Positions 19,014 through 28,543 of a stretch of 64,000 bases of DNA are shown piece by piece. Origin of the DNA: Candidatus Omnitrophota bacterium. Lineage in GTDB: Bacteria; Omnitrophota; Gorgyraeia; B26-G9. Within the stretch, counting starts at the first letter, position 1; each line of letters opens with the position of its first letter. Location of the stretch: the NCBI GenBank assembly GCA_043805415.1, contig JAZDHZ010000037.1, positions 6,949-70,948 of the forward strand. The letters are read 5' to 3'. Under the pieces are notes generated by a model. It did not search any database. It saw nothing but the letters and a program-made list of their open reading frames with translations, and had not been told where the DNA came from. The position numbers and the translations under genes were made by a program.

Positions 19014-20273
19014 TCATGCTTCTGCGCTCTTATTCGCGGCGCCAATCCCGGCCATATAACCAGTAGAAAAAGCCGCCTGGAGATTAAACCCGCCGCTTAA
19101 ACCGCTGATATCAATTACTTCGCCGCAAAAATATAGTCCCTTGACTATTTTTGATTCCATTGTTGCCGGGTTAATCTGCTTAACCGATATGCCGCCTCTT
19201 GTAACCATGGCTTCTTGTATCGGACGCAATGTTTGTACAGTTAATTGTACCTGTTTAAATATATTTATCAAGCTTCTTTTTTCCTTTTTACTTAGCTGCC
19301 CAAGGGGTTTATTAGCGCTAATCCCTGCTAAATCAAGACATACAGCAATAAGTTTTTTGGGGATTGGATCAAAGCCTATATTTTTGCACATGCACCCCGG
19401 GTTTTGGGCGATTATTAAATCTAATTTTGCCAAAACCTGCTGTTCAGTTTGGCCAGAAAACAGGTCTAGATATAAAACAACCGCTCCTTTTTTTAAACCA
19501 TCCCCAACCTCGGCACTTAAATCAAATGCTCCTGGTCCGGAAATCCCGTAATGCGCGAATACCAAATCTGCTTTTATCTGTTTTTTCTTTTTAGAATCAG
19601 CATACAAGCATATTCCGACTTGCCGCATACTTATACCCTGAAGATTTTTTATCCAGGATTCTTTAATTTGAATACCAGAAAGTCCTGGCTGAGGAGCAAC
19701 AATCTTATGCCCTGTTTTTATTGCCCATTGATAGGCTGAACCATTAGACCCCAAGTTAGGGTAGCTTTTCCCTCCAGTGGCAATGATAACTTTTTCTGCT
19801 TTTACAATTGTCTGGTCTGCCAGCTTTACTCCGATTACCTTATGTTCCTCAACAATAATATCCGTTACCAAGCTTTGGCAGCTTACGCGCACTTTATTTT
19901 TTTCCAAATATAACTGCAAAGCCTCTACTACATCAGCGGCTTTATCACTTACCGGAAATACCCTGTGATTATCTTCGATTTTTGTCAAAACTCCCAATTG
20001 TTTAAAAAAGCTAATCAAATCATTATTAAAAAATTTGTTAAAAGCATTATGCAAAAATTTTGGATTATCCACATAATAGTCTTGAAATCTATTCAAAGGA
20101 ATTTTATTAGTTAAATTGCAGCGGCCATTGCCGGTAACCCGCAGTTTTACGCCTAAGACATTATTCCGCTCAAACAAAATAACCGCTAATTCAGCTTTAG
20201 CGGCAGTTCCCGCGGCAATCATCCCTGCCGGGCCTCCGCCGACTACAATAACATCATATTTATCTTTAATCAT
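19014..20273 (-). CDS. HI0933/BaiN-family NAD(P)/FAD-dependent oxidoreductase
   Basis: 'YDVIVVGGGPAGMIAA' Rossmann motif and the family hallmark 'TGNGRCNLTN'. Confidence 0.8.
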   Translation of the reverse strand: MIKDKYDVIVVGGGPAGMIAAGTAAKAELAVILFERNNVLGVKLRVTGNGRCNLTNKIPLNRFQDYYVDNPKFLHNAFNKFFNNDLISFFKQLGVLTKIEDNHRVFPVSDKAADVVEALQLYLEKNKVRVSCQSLVTDIIVEEHKVIGVKLADQTIVKAEKVIIATGGKSYPNLGSNGSAYQWAIKTGHKIVAPQPGLSGIQIKESWIKNLQGISMRQVGICLYADSKKKKQIKADLVFAHYGISGPGAFDLSAEVGDGLKKGAVVLYLDLFSGQTEQQVLAKLDLIIAQNPGCMCKNIGFDPIPKKLIAVCLDLAGISANKPLGQLSKKEKRSLINIFKQVQLTVQTLRPIQEAMVTRGGISVKQINPATMESKIVKGLYFCGEVIDISGLSGGFNLQAAFSTGYMAGIGAANKSAEA

Positions 20274-20299
20274 TATTTTATTCCACTTCCTCTTATATA

Positions 20300-20500
20300 C
20301 GCAACGGGTAAAAACACATCTTCTCGCTAAGCCTGAGCCTGCATCGTGCAGTCTCAGCCGCGCGTTCTCACTATTTTGATATCCATATCAAAATTACGTT
20401 CAAAAGCGCCGCTCGAAGAGAATTTTTACCCGTTTTTACTTTTAACCATGAGCCATCAACTATCAGCCAAACTGCTATTCATGCTTTTAATCTTTTAACT
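20300..20500. repeat. GC-rich structured intergenic element with nested inverted repeats; member of a dispersed repeat family (see 55222-55532)
   Basis: Outer inverted repeat 'acgggtaaaaa' (20304-14) / 'tttttacccgt' (20424-34). Inner palindrome 'attttgatatccatatcaaaat' (20373-94). Hairpin 'ctgcatcgtgcag'. The 3' part 'catgagccatcaactatcagcc' recurs near 55476. Confidence 0.35.
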
Positions 20501-20534
20501 CATAACTTATAATTAGTAATTCATAACTATTTTT

Positions 20535-21023
20535 TTAATCGCTTTTTATCCAAAGCTTCTTCAGATCTTCGGTTATTTGCGCTGCGATTCCGCTGTCCAA
20601 ATCAGCTTTTTCTTCCTGCGCATAATCCTGATTGTTCTTTTTTGCTATTTTTGAGTTGTTGATAAATTCTTTTACTGAGCTTACGTTCGCGCCGATTGAA
20701 CGGCAATAAAACATTATCTCTTTATCATCAGTAACCACAACTACGCACTTGGGATTTTTTGCGCGCTCCACCATTTTTTTAATCTTATCGTCAGCAGATT
20801 CTCCTTTACTAAAAATCACATTAATATCTGATTTAAGCTGCGGGCTGCAAACATCAGATTTGCCGTCAAAAACCAGGGTAACCTCATTGCGCTTGCTCCC
20901 CTGCGGCTTATAAAGCTCAATAAATTTAACCAGGCCCTCTCTGCCGGAACGCAGTTTCTTGCCCGTTAAAAAAGAAACCTGTTTAATCACATTATATCCA
21001 TCGATTATATAGTGAAGAGCCAT
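20535..21023 (-). CDS. YacP-like NYN/PIN-domain protein (putative RNase)
   Basis: 'YIIDGYNVI', 'LVFDG', 'VVVTDD' align with B. subtilis YacP/Rae1 motifs. Confidence 0.5.
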   Translation of the reverse strand: MALHYIIDGYNVIKQVSFLTGKKLRSGREGLVKFIELYKPQGSKRNEVTLVFDGKSDVCSPQLKSDINVIFSKGESADDKIKKMVERAKNPKCVVVVTDDKEIMFYCRSIGANVSSVKEFINNSKIAKKNNQDYAQEEKADLDSGIAAQITEDLKKLWIKSD

Positions 21024-21050
21024 AATATTGATTAAATATTGAAAATTAAA

Positions 21051-21139
21051 GTAGGGGCGGGGTCTTCCCGCCCGAATCAGATCATTAATAATAAAAAATG
21101 TGATTATGCAATTAACAGGCGCGGAAACCGCGCCCCTAC
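21051..21139 (-). other. pair of GC hairpins with an alternative long-range pairing (terminator/attenuator-like)
   Basis: Hairpin 21055-61/21067-73 (gggcggg/cccgccc). Hairpin 21118-24/21128-34 (ggcgcgg/ccgcgcc). 'gtaggggcg' (21051-59) is complementary to 'cgcccctac' (21131-39). A T-rich tract follows on the - strand. Confidence 0.3.
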
Positions 21140-21168
21140 GTTAGGTAAAATTTACCCTCATCTTAACG

Positions 21169-22203
21169 TTATTTATTCTCTAAACTCGCTCTGAGCTGGC
21201 CGCAAGCTCCTTTGATATCACTGCCTCTTGAGCGGCGTATCGTATAATTTATTCTGTTTTTTTCAAGCACTTTGCAAAAAGCGTCAAACGCTTCCTTTGT
21301 TACCGGCAAATAATCCACAGATTGCACCGGATTAAACGGGATTAAATTAACTTTTGCCTGAAATCCTTTAAGCAAGTTGCTTAGGTTTTTAGCATCTTCT
21401 TTTGAATCATTAACTGAACCGATTATAACATATTCAAAGGTAACAATCCGATTCGCGATTTTACTATATTGCTTCGCGGTTTTGATTAACTCGTCAAGCG
21501 GATATTTTCGATTAACCGGCATAAGTTTACTGCGCAGCTTATCTTCTGCCGCGTGCAAAGAAATTGACAGTTCTACTTGCATCCCCTCTTTTGCCAGAGC
21601 AATGATCTGAGGACAAAGTCCGCAGGTTGAAAGTGTGATTTTTCGCGCGCCGATTCCAAAACAATCCGGATCATTGAATATTTTTAGAGATTTTATTATA
21701 TTCTCATAGTTAGCCAATGGCTCACCCATGCCCATAATAACAATATTTGTTATTTGGCGTCGCGGATTGTCATTTTTTACCAGTAATACCTGAGCCGCTA
21801 TCTCGTCAACCCGCAGGTTACGGACAAAACCATTCTTGCCGCTTGCGCAAAAAACACAGCCATAAGCGCATCCAACTTGACTCGAGATACAAATTGTCGC
21901 TCTTTTTTTAGTCGGAATAAAAACAGTTTCGATAATTTTTCCGTCATTTGTATTAAAAATATATTTTAATGTATTGTCCTTTTTTGATGTGAATTTATCC
22001 AACTGCTTTAGCGCGACAATATCCAGCTTATCAGTTAAAAGCTGTTTAAAATCTTTGGGCAGATTACTCATTTCATTATATGCCAATATATTTTTTTTAT
22101 AAATCCATTCAATTAGCTGCATTGCCCGATATGCCGGCTGTTTGTATTTCTCAAGTAATCCTTTTACCTCAAATGGTAAAAAATTGGTTATGATTTTTTT
22201 CAT
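21169..22203 (-). CDS. rlmN: 23S rRNA (adenine2503-C2)-methyltransferase
   Basis: Radical-SAM 'CAYGCVFCASG' and the RlmN/Cfr C-terminal 'GACGQL'. Confidence 0.85.
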   Translation of the reverse strand: MKKIITNFLPFEVKGLLEKYKQPAYRAMQLIEWIYKKNILAYNEMSNLPKDFKQLLTDKLDIVALKQLDKFTSKKDNTLKYIFNTNDGKIIETVFIPTKKRATICISSQVGCAYGCVFCASGKNGFVRNLRVDEIAAQVLLVKNDNPRRQITNIVIMGMGEPLANYENIIKSLKIFNDPDCFGIGARKITLSTCGLCPQIIALAKEGMQVELSISLHAAEDKLRSKLMPVNRKYPLDELIKTAKQYSKIANRIVTFEYVIIGSVNDSKEDAKNLSNLLKGFQAKVNLIPFNPVQSVDYLPVTKEAFDAFCKVLEKNRINYTIRRSRGSDIKGACGQLRASLENK

Positions 22204-22287
22204 AATAACCCACTTTCTAATAATTCAAACTTGCTATTATTATACTATTTTATCTATATTTATGTTGATTTAAAAAATTTTTCCTGA

Positions 22288-24162
22288 CTACCACTCAACC
22301 TCAACTCCGGTAAAAAACCACCTGCCCGGCATCGGAATATTCCCTTTTTCGGCATAACCGTGATTAAAAAGATTATCGACTTTTACAAAAATTTTATAGT
22401 TGTTTATGGTTTTATCCAATCTGCTGTTTATAATAAAATCTCCGGCTTTATCTGAACGCCGCAGATAAATAAGGCTATTATCTGCTGTAATCCCGCAGGG
22501 CAGTAAATTAATTACCCCGCCGACAAATTTATGTTCTAAATAGTCAAAAACATATTTTGAAATTAAGCCATTTTCCTGCTGATTGCGATCGACAAAAGAA
22601 TATCCCAAATATATTTCCTGCCAATGTTTTAAACTCATCTTAACATTTTTTGGGTATATTCTCAAATCAGCTTGAATCCCGTTTGTATCAACTCTGGCAA
22701 TATTCATAATATTATATACTGTTGATTCTGGAGTTCTCACCCAATCAATAATATCTTTACCTTCACTTTTAAAACAACTTATTGACATTAAGTAATTTGG
22801 CTGGATATAATCTGCTCCCAGCTCATAATTATTCGAGCGCTCCGGGGCTAAATTCTCATTGCCGATATTAGACGGGCTTTGATAATAAAGTTCGGTAAAA
22901 GTAGGCGCTCTAAATGACTGACTAAACGCTGAGCGCAGCTTTAGATCATTATTTAAATAATAGCCAACACTGATATCCGGAGTCGCCTGATTTTTAAACC
23001 CTTGATAAAAATAACCGCTTAAACCTAGTGAAAAAAGCCATTGTGAAAGCTTTTGGCTATAAGCAGTATAAACTGTATTTCTTTGCCTTGCATGCTGATT
23101 TAAATTACTGCTATCAATACTTTCTCTGGCTGTGTCAATCCCGGCAAATACTTTTCCCTCAGCCCAGGCCCCAACAATATCAAGCTTAGCGCCTTTGACA
23201 TAATTTAAATGAATATTTTCATAAAAAGCCGGATTTGTTTTATCTAATAAAAACCGGTCGCTTTGTCGGCGAATATAAATCTGAGGATTAAGGTAAAAGT
23301 TATCCAACTCTGATTTGATCCCCAGACTGCTAAAAGTGGTTTTTGTATGTTCTTGCTGATTTGGGAAAAACTCCGAGTAAAATCCATTTGCGCCAAACTC
23401 TTTATCCAGCACGCCTAACTTAAACTGCACATCCCCATATTCACTGTCAAAACAACTAATATGAGAAAAATTCATGATTTCAAAATCAGTATTATCTTGA
23501 TAACCGTCCGCTGAGCTTATTCCTATACTCGTGCGCGTATTAATCTTAGCCACTGGCTGAACAACGGAAAGCTGCTGCGAAGAAAAACTATGTTCGCCAA
23601 AAGCCGCTTTTACTTTAATCGACTCTCCCTGCGGATCTTTTGTAACAATATGCACAGAGCCGCCCGGTCGACCAGCTCCGTTGATTGCTGCAGCAGGCCC
23701 GGGGATTACTATCATTTTATCAATATCTTCGCTTAAAAACGGAATATCCAGATTAAAATGCCCGGTTTGAGGGTCATTAACTTTTATTCCATCAATTAAA
23801 ACATCGGTTTGTTCAAAACTTGCTCCGCGCATCTGCAAATCAGACTGCACGGAAAAAGGCCCCCGGGTTTGAATATCCGCAAAGGAGATTTTATTTAAGT
23901 CTTCTATTACCGGGATATCCAGATCTTCCCTGTATTCCATATGCCGCAATGAGTTTGCGTAATATTCATTAAGCACAGAGGGATAAACGATTACTGGCTC
24001 AAGATAATAGTCTTGATTTTGATTATTTTCCGCAAAACAAGGATTAGCATTAATCATGCACAAAAAAAACATTGCCAGTATATTAAAACCGCGCGTGTAA
24101 TCCATATTCAATATCCCCTTTTTGCCGATCGCGTCAACTGGATGCTTTAATCTGGTTGACAA
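22288..24162 (-). CDS. TonB-dependent outer-membrane receptor
   Basis: Signal peptide, plug-domain motifs 'IQTRGPFSV...MRGASF...TDVLIDGIKVNDP', and a long beta-barrel ending in an aromatic residue. Confidence 0.75.
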   Translation of the reverse strand: MSTRLKHPVDAIGKKGILNMDYTRGFNILAMFFLCMINANPCFAENNQNQDYYLEPVIVYPSVLNEYYANSLRHMEYREDLDIPVIEDLNKISFADIQTRGPFSVQSDLQMRGASFEQTDVLIDGIKVNDPQTGHFNLDIPFLSEDIDKMIVIPGPAAAINGAGRPGGSVHIVTKDPQGESIKVKAAFGEHSFSSQQLSVVQPVAKINTRTSIGISSADGYQDNTDFEIMNFSHISCFDSEYGDVQFKLGVLDKEFGANGFYSEFFPNQQEHTKTTFSSLGIKSELDNFYLNPQIYIRRQSDRFLLDKTNPAFYENIHLNYVKGAKLDIVGAWAEGKVFAGIDTARESIDSSNLNQHARQRNTVYTAYSQKLSQWLFSLGLSGYFYQGFKNQATPDISVGYYLNNDLKLRSAFSQSFRAPTFTELYYQSPSNIGNENLAPERSNNYELGADYIQPNYLMSISCFKSEGKDIIDWVRTPESTVYNIMNIARVDTNGIQADLRIYPKNVKMSLKHWQEIYLGYSFVDRNQQENGLISKYVFDYLEHKFVGGVINLLPCGITADNSLIYLRRSDKAGDFIINSRLDKTINNYKIFVKVDNLFNHGYAEKGNIPMPGRWFFTGVEVEW

Positions 24163-24189
24163 TCATTGTAAAAAAAATACATTAAATTC

Positions 24190-25455
24190 CTAAAACAGTG
24201 GATCAAGCAATGCCAGTATTCTTTGCCCACTGCCTTGATTTTGGGCAATTACATTTTTCGCGTTAATTATTAAACTATCTCTTTTTGATTTACTTGTCAA
24301 TAATTCGTTCAGGCAATTTCCTAATTCAGCTAAATCATTCACACAAACTGCCGCGTGATTATCTAAAAACAATTTAACAACTTCCGCGAAATTAAACATA
24401 TATTTACCAAAAACTATCGGCTTGCCCAGGCTGGCCGGCTCAATCGGATTTTGACCGCCATGTTTAATTAAGCTGCCGCCGACAAAAACAATATCGGCTA
24501 ATTGATAATAATCTGTCAGCACTCCCATCATGTCTAAAAGAAAAATCTTGTCTTGTCCTGCCGCGGCATCGCTATTTATTAATTGGCTGATTAAAACCGC
24601 GGACATGTCCTCTGATTCTAACATCGCTGCTATTTGATTAACTCGCTGCGGATGCCGCGGGGCAATCAGCAAACGGATATTTTTATCCTCAGCTTTTAAT
24701 TTCTTAAAAATTTTGGCGATTTGCTGCTCTTCATTATCATGAGTACTGCCTGCCACAATAAGCCGCTGCCCTGGCTTTAGACCAATATTTGGTAAATTAT
24801 CCTGTTCCGGCTTGGCTATTTGATCAAATTTTATATTCCCAACTACATGGACACATTGTTCATCAGCGCCAAGTTCTATTATTCTCCGAGCGTCAAGTTT
24901 TGTTTGCATGCACAGCAAATCAATCTTTTTTATTATCGGCTGGAAGAAAAATCCAGCCCTTTGGTATCTGGGAAAAGCTTTATCTGATATCCTCCCGTTG
25001 ACTATAACAATTTTTATATTTTTTTTAGCGGCGATATTTATCGCGTTCGGCCAAAGCTCTGTTTCCATGATAAGCAAAAGTTTCGGAGACAGCAGCGAAA
25101 ACACTTTATTAATAATCCAGCTTAAATCAAAAGGAAAATAAATAACAATATCCTCTTTAGCCGCGAGCTGTAAAGCAACCTTATTTCCCGTAGGAGTAAT
25201 TGTAGAAATTATTAATTTAAGCTCGGGATGTTTATCGCGCAATTGCTTAATTAATGGAGCAGCGGCTTTTATTTCTCCGACACTGACCGCGTGCAGCCAA
25301 ACCGAAAATCTCTCTTTGCGCATCCTTTGTCTTAAGGCGGCTGAATAGATTCCAAATCTCTGGAAAAAACCTGCTCTATATTTGCCTTTAAAAATAAGTT
25401 CCGGCAAATACAAAATTGATAATATTAAATAAATACAATCCAATACAATTATCAT
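24190..25455 (-). CDS. waaA: 3-deoxy-D-manno-octulosonic acid (Kdo) transferase
   Basis: N-terminal membrane anchor, 'VWLHAVSVGE' (the WIHAASVGE-type motif) and a GT-B C-terminal domain. Confidence 0.8.
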   Translation of the reverse strand: MIIVLDCIYLILSILYLPELIFKGKYRAGFFQRFGIYSAALRQRMRKERFSVWLHAVSVGEIKAAAPLIKQLRDKHPELKLIISTITPTGNKVALQLAAKEDIVIYFPFDLSWIINKVFSLLSPKLLLIMETELWPNAINIAAKKNIKIVIVNGRISDKAFPRYQRAGFFFQPIIKKIDLLCMQTKLDARRIIELGADEQCVHVVGNIKFDQIAKPEQDNLPNIGLKPGQRLIVAGSTHDNEEQQIAKIFKKLKAEDKNIRLLIAPRHPQRVNQIAAMLESEDMSAVLISQLINSDAAAGQDKIFLLDMMGVLTDYYQLADIVFVGGSLIKHGGQNPIEPASLGKPIVFGKYMFNFAEVVKLFLDNHAAVCVNDLAELGNCLNELLTSKSKRDSLIINAKNVIAQNQGSGQRILALLDPLF

Positions 25456-25483
25456 ATAATCCTTGATGTTTTAAAGGCACTTA

Positions 25484-26356
25484 TCAGGCCCGGGGATGGG
25501 TCAAATCATAAACACTTTTAAGCTTTTCTGTGGAAAGATGAGTATAGATCGTAGTTGTGGCTAAGTTCGCGTGGCCTAAAAGTTCCTGTACTGAACGCAG
25601 ATCAGCACCCCGGTTTAAAAGATGGGTCGCGAAAGAATGGCGTAAACTATGCGGAGAAATGTCGCCGCGCACACTGGCAACTTTAATATGTTTATCAATA
25701 ATATTACGCACACTGCGATCAGTAAGACGTCTCCCATCTTTATTTAAGAATAATATCCTGTTTGATAAGTTAGCATCTTTACTTCTTTTTTGAAGATAGC
25801 TTTTGATCACCCGTAAGGCCTTATCGCCGATAGGAGCTAACCTTTCTTTTTTTCCTTTGCCGAATACTCTGATTACTCCGGAAATAAAATCAATATGCTC
25901 TACATTTAAACCCACTAATTCGCTTACCCGAACACCGGTGCTGTATAAAGTTTCTAAGATTGCCTTATCGCGTAATCCGGCAATATCGCTTATATCCGGG
26001 GCATCGAGCAATTTTGTCATATCATCTTCACTGAGAAAAATCGGTAGTTTTTTTTCCAGCTTTGGACCGACTAATCCCACCATGGGATTTAGCTTTATAT
26101 GTCCTTCGCGGCATAAAAATTTAAAGAATGATCTAAGGCATGCCATCTTTCGGGCAATAGTGACTTTCTTAAACCCTTTTTGCCTTAAACTGACCAGAAA
26201 TTTACGCACATCTAAAACATCAATATCTTTTAATTCTTTAGTGTCAATAAATAAGGAAAGCTCTTTTAGGTCTACACTGTAATTAATCAGCGTATGAACA
26301 GAGGAATTTTTTTCAACCTTAAGATAATTAAGAAATTTATCAATATAGCGTTCCAT
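25484..26356 (-). CDS. tyrosine site-specific recombinase XerC/XerD
   Basis: 'LRHSFATHLLNRGADLRSVQELLGHANLATTTIYTHL' is the catalytic R..HxxR..Y region, about 290 aa. Confidence 0.85.
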   Translation of the reverse strand: MERYIDKFLNYLKVEKNSSVHTLINYSVDLKELSLFIDTKELKDIDVLDVRKFLVSLRQKGFKKVTIARKMACLRSFFKFLCREGHIKLNPMVGLVGPKLEKKLPIFLSEDDMTKLLDAPDISDIAGLRDKAILETLYSTGVRVSELVGLNVEHIDFISGVIRVFGKGKKERLAPIGDKALRVIKSYLQKRSKDANLSNRILFLNKDGRRLTDRSVRNIIDKHIKVASVRGDISPHSLRHSFATHLLNRGADLRSVQELLGHANLATTTIYTHLSTEKLKSVYDLTHPRA

Positions 26357-26368
26357 TTATCCATCCTG

Positions 26369-28357
26369 CTAATTATCAGTATCAGTTACTTGCCCGTCTG
26401 TAGGTAGTGTTTTTGAGATATATGTACATTTAGGATAGTTGCTGCAGCCGTAAAACTGCATCCCTCTCTTAGAGCGACGCAGAATAAGTTCTCCTCCGCA
26501 ATCCGGCTGAGGACACTTTACTCCTAAAGATATTGATTTCGCGTTGCGGCATTCCGGAAAACCGGAACAGCTTAAAAATTTGCCGGAACGAGACCATTTA
26601 ATAACCATCGGCTTGCCGCATTTTTCGCAATTTTCATCAGTTTCCACAACTTCTTTTTTTAAATTTGTCTGAGCAAAAGTAAGTCTCTTCTTAAATGGAG
26701 TATAAAAATCTTTTAAGGCTTTTATCCAATCAAGCGTGCCTTCTTCGACTTTATCCAATTCTTCTTCCATGGTCGCGGTAAAAGCAACATTAATAATATC
26801 AGGGAAATACTCAACTAAGATATCAGTAACTTTCATCCCCAGCTCAGTACAAGTCAGATAACCTTTTTCCCTACGGATATAATTCCGAAAAATCAAAGTA
26901 TGCACAATCGGCGCGTAAGTACTTGGCCGGCCTATGCCTTTTTCTTCTAAAGCTTTTACCAAAGAAGATTCGGAATATCTTGCCGGAGGGCGCGTAAAAT
27001 GCTGACTCGGGATTAATTTAAGAAGAGTTAAATTTTCACCTTTTGTTATCTCGGGAATTAAATTTTCTTTTTCCGCTAAATCTTCTTTGTAAGCTTTTAA
27101 AAACCCTTCGAACTTAATCACCGATCCGCTAGCGCTAAACAAGTATTTACCCGCGGTTATTTCAATTGTGCTGATAGTAGACACCGCCGACTCCATTTGA
27201 GAAGCAACCGTTCTTCTCCAGATAAGTTCATATAGTTTATACTGCTCCTGGCTTAAAAAGGGCTGCATCTGGCTGGGAGTGCGGGCAATTGATGTCGGCC
27301 TTATGGCTTCATGCGCTTCTTGGGCGGATTTTTTTGATTTATAAACATTTGGCTTTGCCGGCAAATACTCCGAGCCAAAATTATCTTTAATATATTGCCT
27401 TGTCTGCGCTAAAGCGATATCAGCAATTTTCACAGAATCAGTACGCATATAACTAATAAGCCCTATCGGATCTTGCTGTCCAAGATCAATGCCTTCATAT
27501 AGCTGCTGAGCAATTAACATTGTCTTGCGGGCAGTATATTTAAGCTTATTAAACGCGTCCTGCTGCAGGGTGCTGGTTATAAACGGAGCATAAGGATTCC
27601 GCTTTTTGTCTTTTTTACTAACCGACGAAACTATATATTCGGCATTGTCTAATTTTTCAATAATCCCCTCTACCTGCTCTTGCTTGGCTAACTCAATTTT
27701 CTTTCCATCGCATTTAACTAATTCCGCGGTAAATTCTTCAAAAGCCGCTTGCTGGCGTTTTAAATTTGCTTCAACCTTCCAATACTCCTCGGGGATAAAA
27801 TTCTGAATTTGCCGCTCTCGGATAACAATAAGCTTTAAAGATACTGATTGAACTCTGCCGGCACTTAATCCTTTGGCTACTTTTTTCCACAATAATGGGC
27901 TTAAAAAATAACCGACAACCCTATCTAAGACTCTTCTTGCCTGCTGAGCATTTACCATGTTCAAATCCAATTCACTGGGATGCTTAAACGCCTGCTTAAT
28001 CGCCTCAGGCGTTATCTCGTGAAAAACAACCCGAAGAAATTTGCGGCTTTTTTTCTTATCCTGCAGCTGCTCCTTTAAATGCCAACTGATCGCTTCACCC
28101 TCTCGATCTTGGTCAGTGGCCAAATAAATAATTTCTGATGTTTTTACCTCTTTTTTTAATTGACTAAGAGTTTTTTTCTTGCCAGGAATAACAACATAAG
28201 TCAGAGCAAAGTCCTGATCTACATCAACGCCTATTTTCCTGCGCGGTAAATCAATAATATGACCCATCGAAGAATAAACAACATAATTCTTACCAAGAAT
28301 TTTGCCGATTGTTCTCGCCTTGGTCGGGGACTCTACAATAACTAAATTTTTCATCAA
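26369..28357 (-). CDS. topA: DNA topoisomerase I
   Basis: N-terminal Toprim 'LVIVESPTKA', the catalytic Tyr region, and C-terminal C4 zinc ribbons 'CEKCGKPM...CSGFPEC'. Confidence 0.9.
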   Translation of the reverse strand: MMKNLVIVESPTKARTIGKILGKNYVVYSSMGHIIDLPRRKIGVDVDQDFALTYVVIPGKKKTLSQLKKEVKTSEIIYLATDQDREGEAISWHLKEQLQDKKKSRKFLRVVFHEITPEAIKQAFKHPSELDLNMVNAQQARRVLDRVVGYFLSPLLWKKVAKGLSAGRVQSVSLKLIVIRERQIQNFIPEEYWKVEANLKRQQAAFEEFTAELVKCDGKKIELAKQEQVEGIIEKLDNAEYIVSSVSKKDKKRNPYAPFITSTLQQDAFNKLKYTARKTMLIAQQLYEGIDLGQQDPIGLISYMRTDSVKIADIALAQTRQYIKDNFGSEYLPAKPNVYKSKKSAQEAHEAIRPTSIARTPSQMQPFLSQEQYKLYELIWRRTVASQMESAVSTISTIEITAGKYLFSASGSVIKFEGFLKAYKEDLAEKENLIPEITKGENLTLLKLIPSQHFTRPPARYSESSLVKALEEKGIGRPSTYAPIVHTLIFRNYIRREKGYLTCTELGMKVTDILVEYFPDIINVAFTATMEEELDKVEEGTLDWIKALKDFYTPFKKRLTFAQTNLKKEVVETDENCEKCGKPMVIKWSRSGKFLSCSGFPECRNAKSISLGVKCPQPDCGGELILRRSKRGMQFYGCSNYPKCTYISKTLPTDGQVTDTDN

Positions 28358-28543
28358 TTTTATCCTTGTTTATTTTCAGCTATAATATCGCATTTAAAAA
28401 GTCCCGTCAATAGCCAAGGTTAATAATTATTTAGGAGCTAAACAGATCCTAAATGCCTAACATCTTTAAAAATCGATACTTATAGTAATATATTACTTGT
28501 TTTATTGATCTGATTATAGGAAGTAAATGCTGGAATTAAAAAA

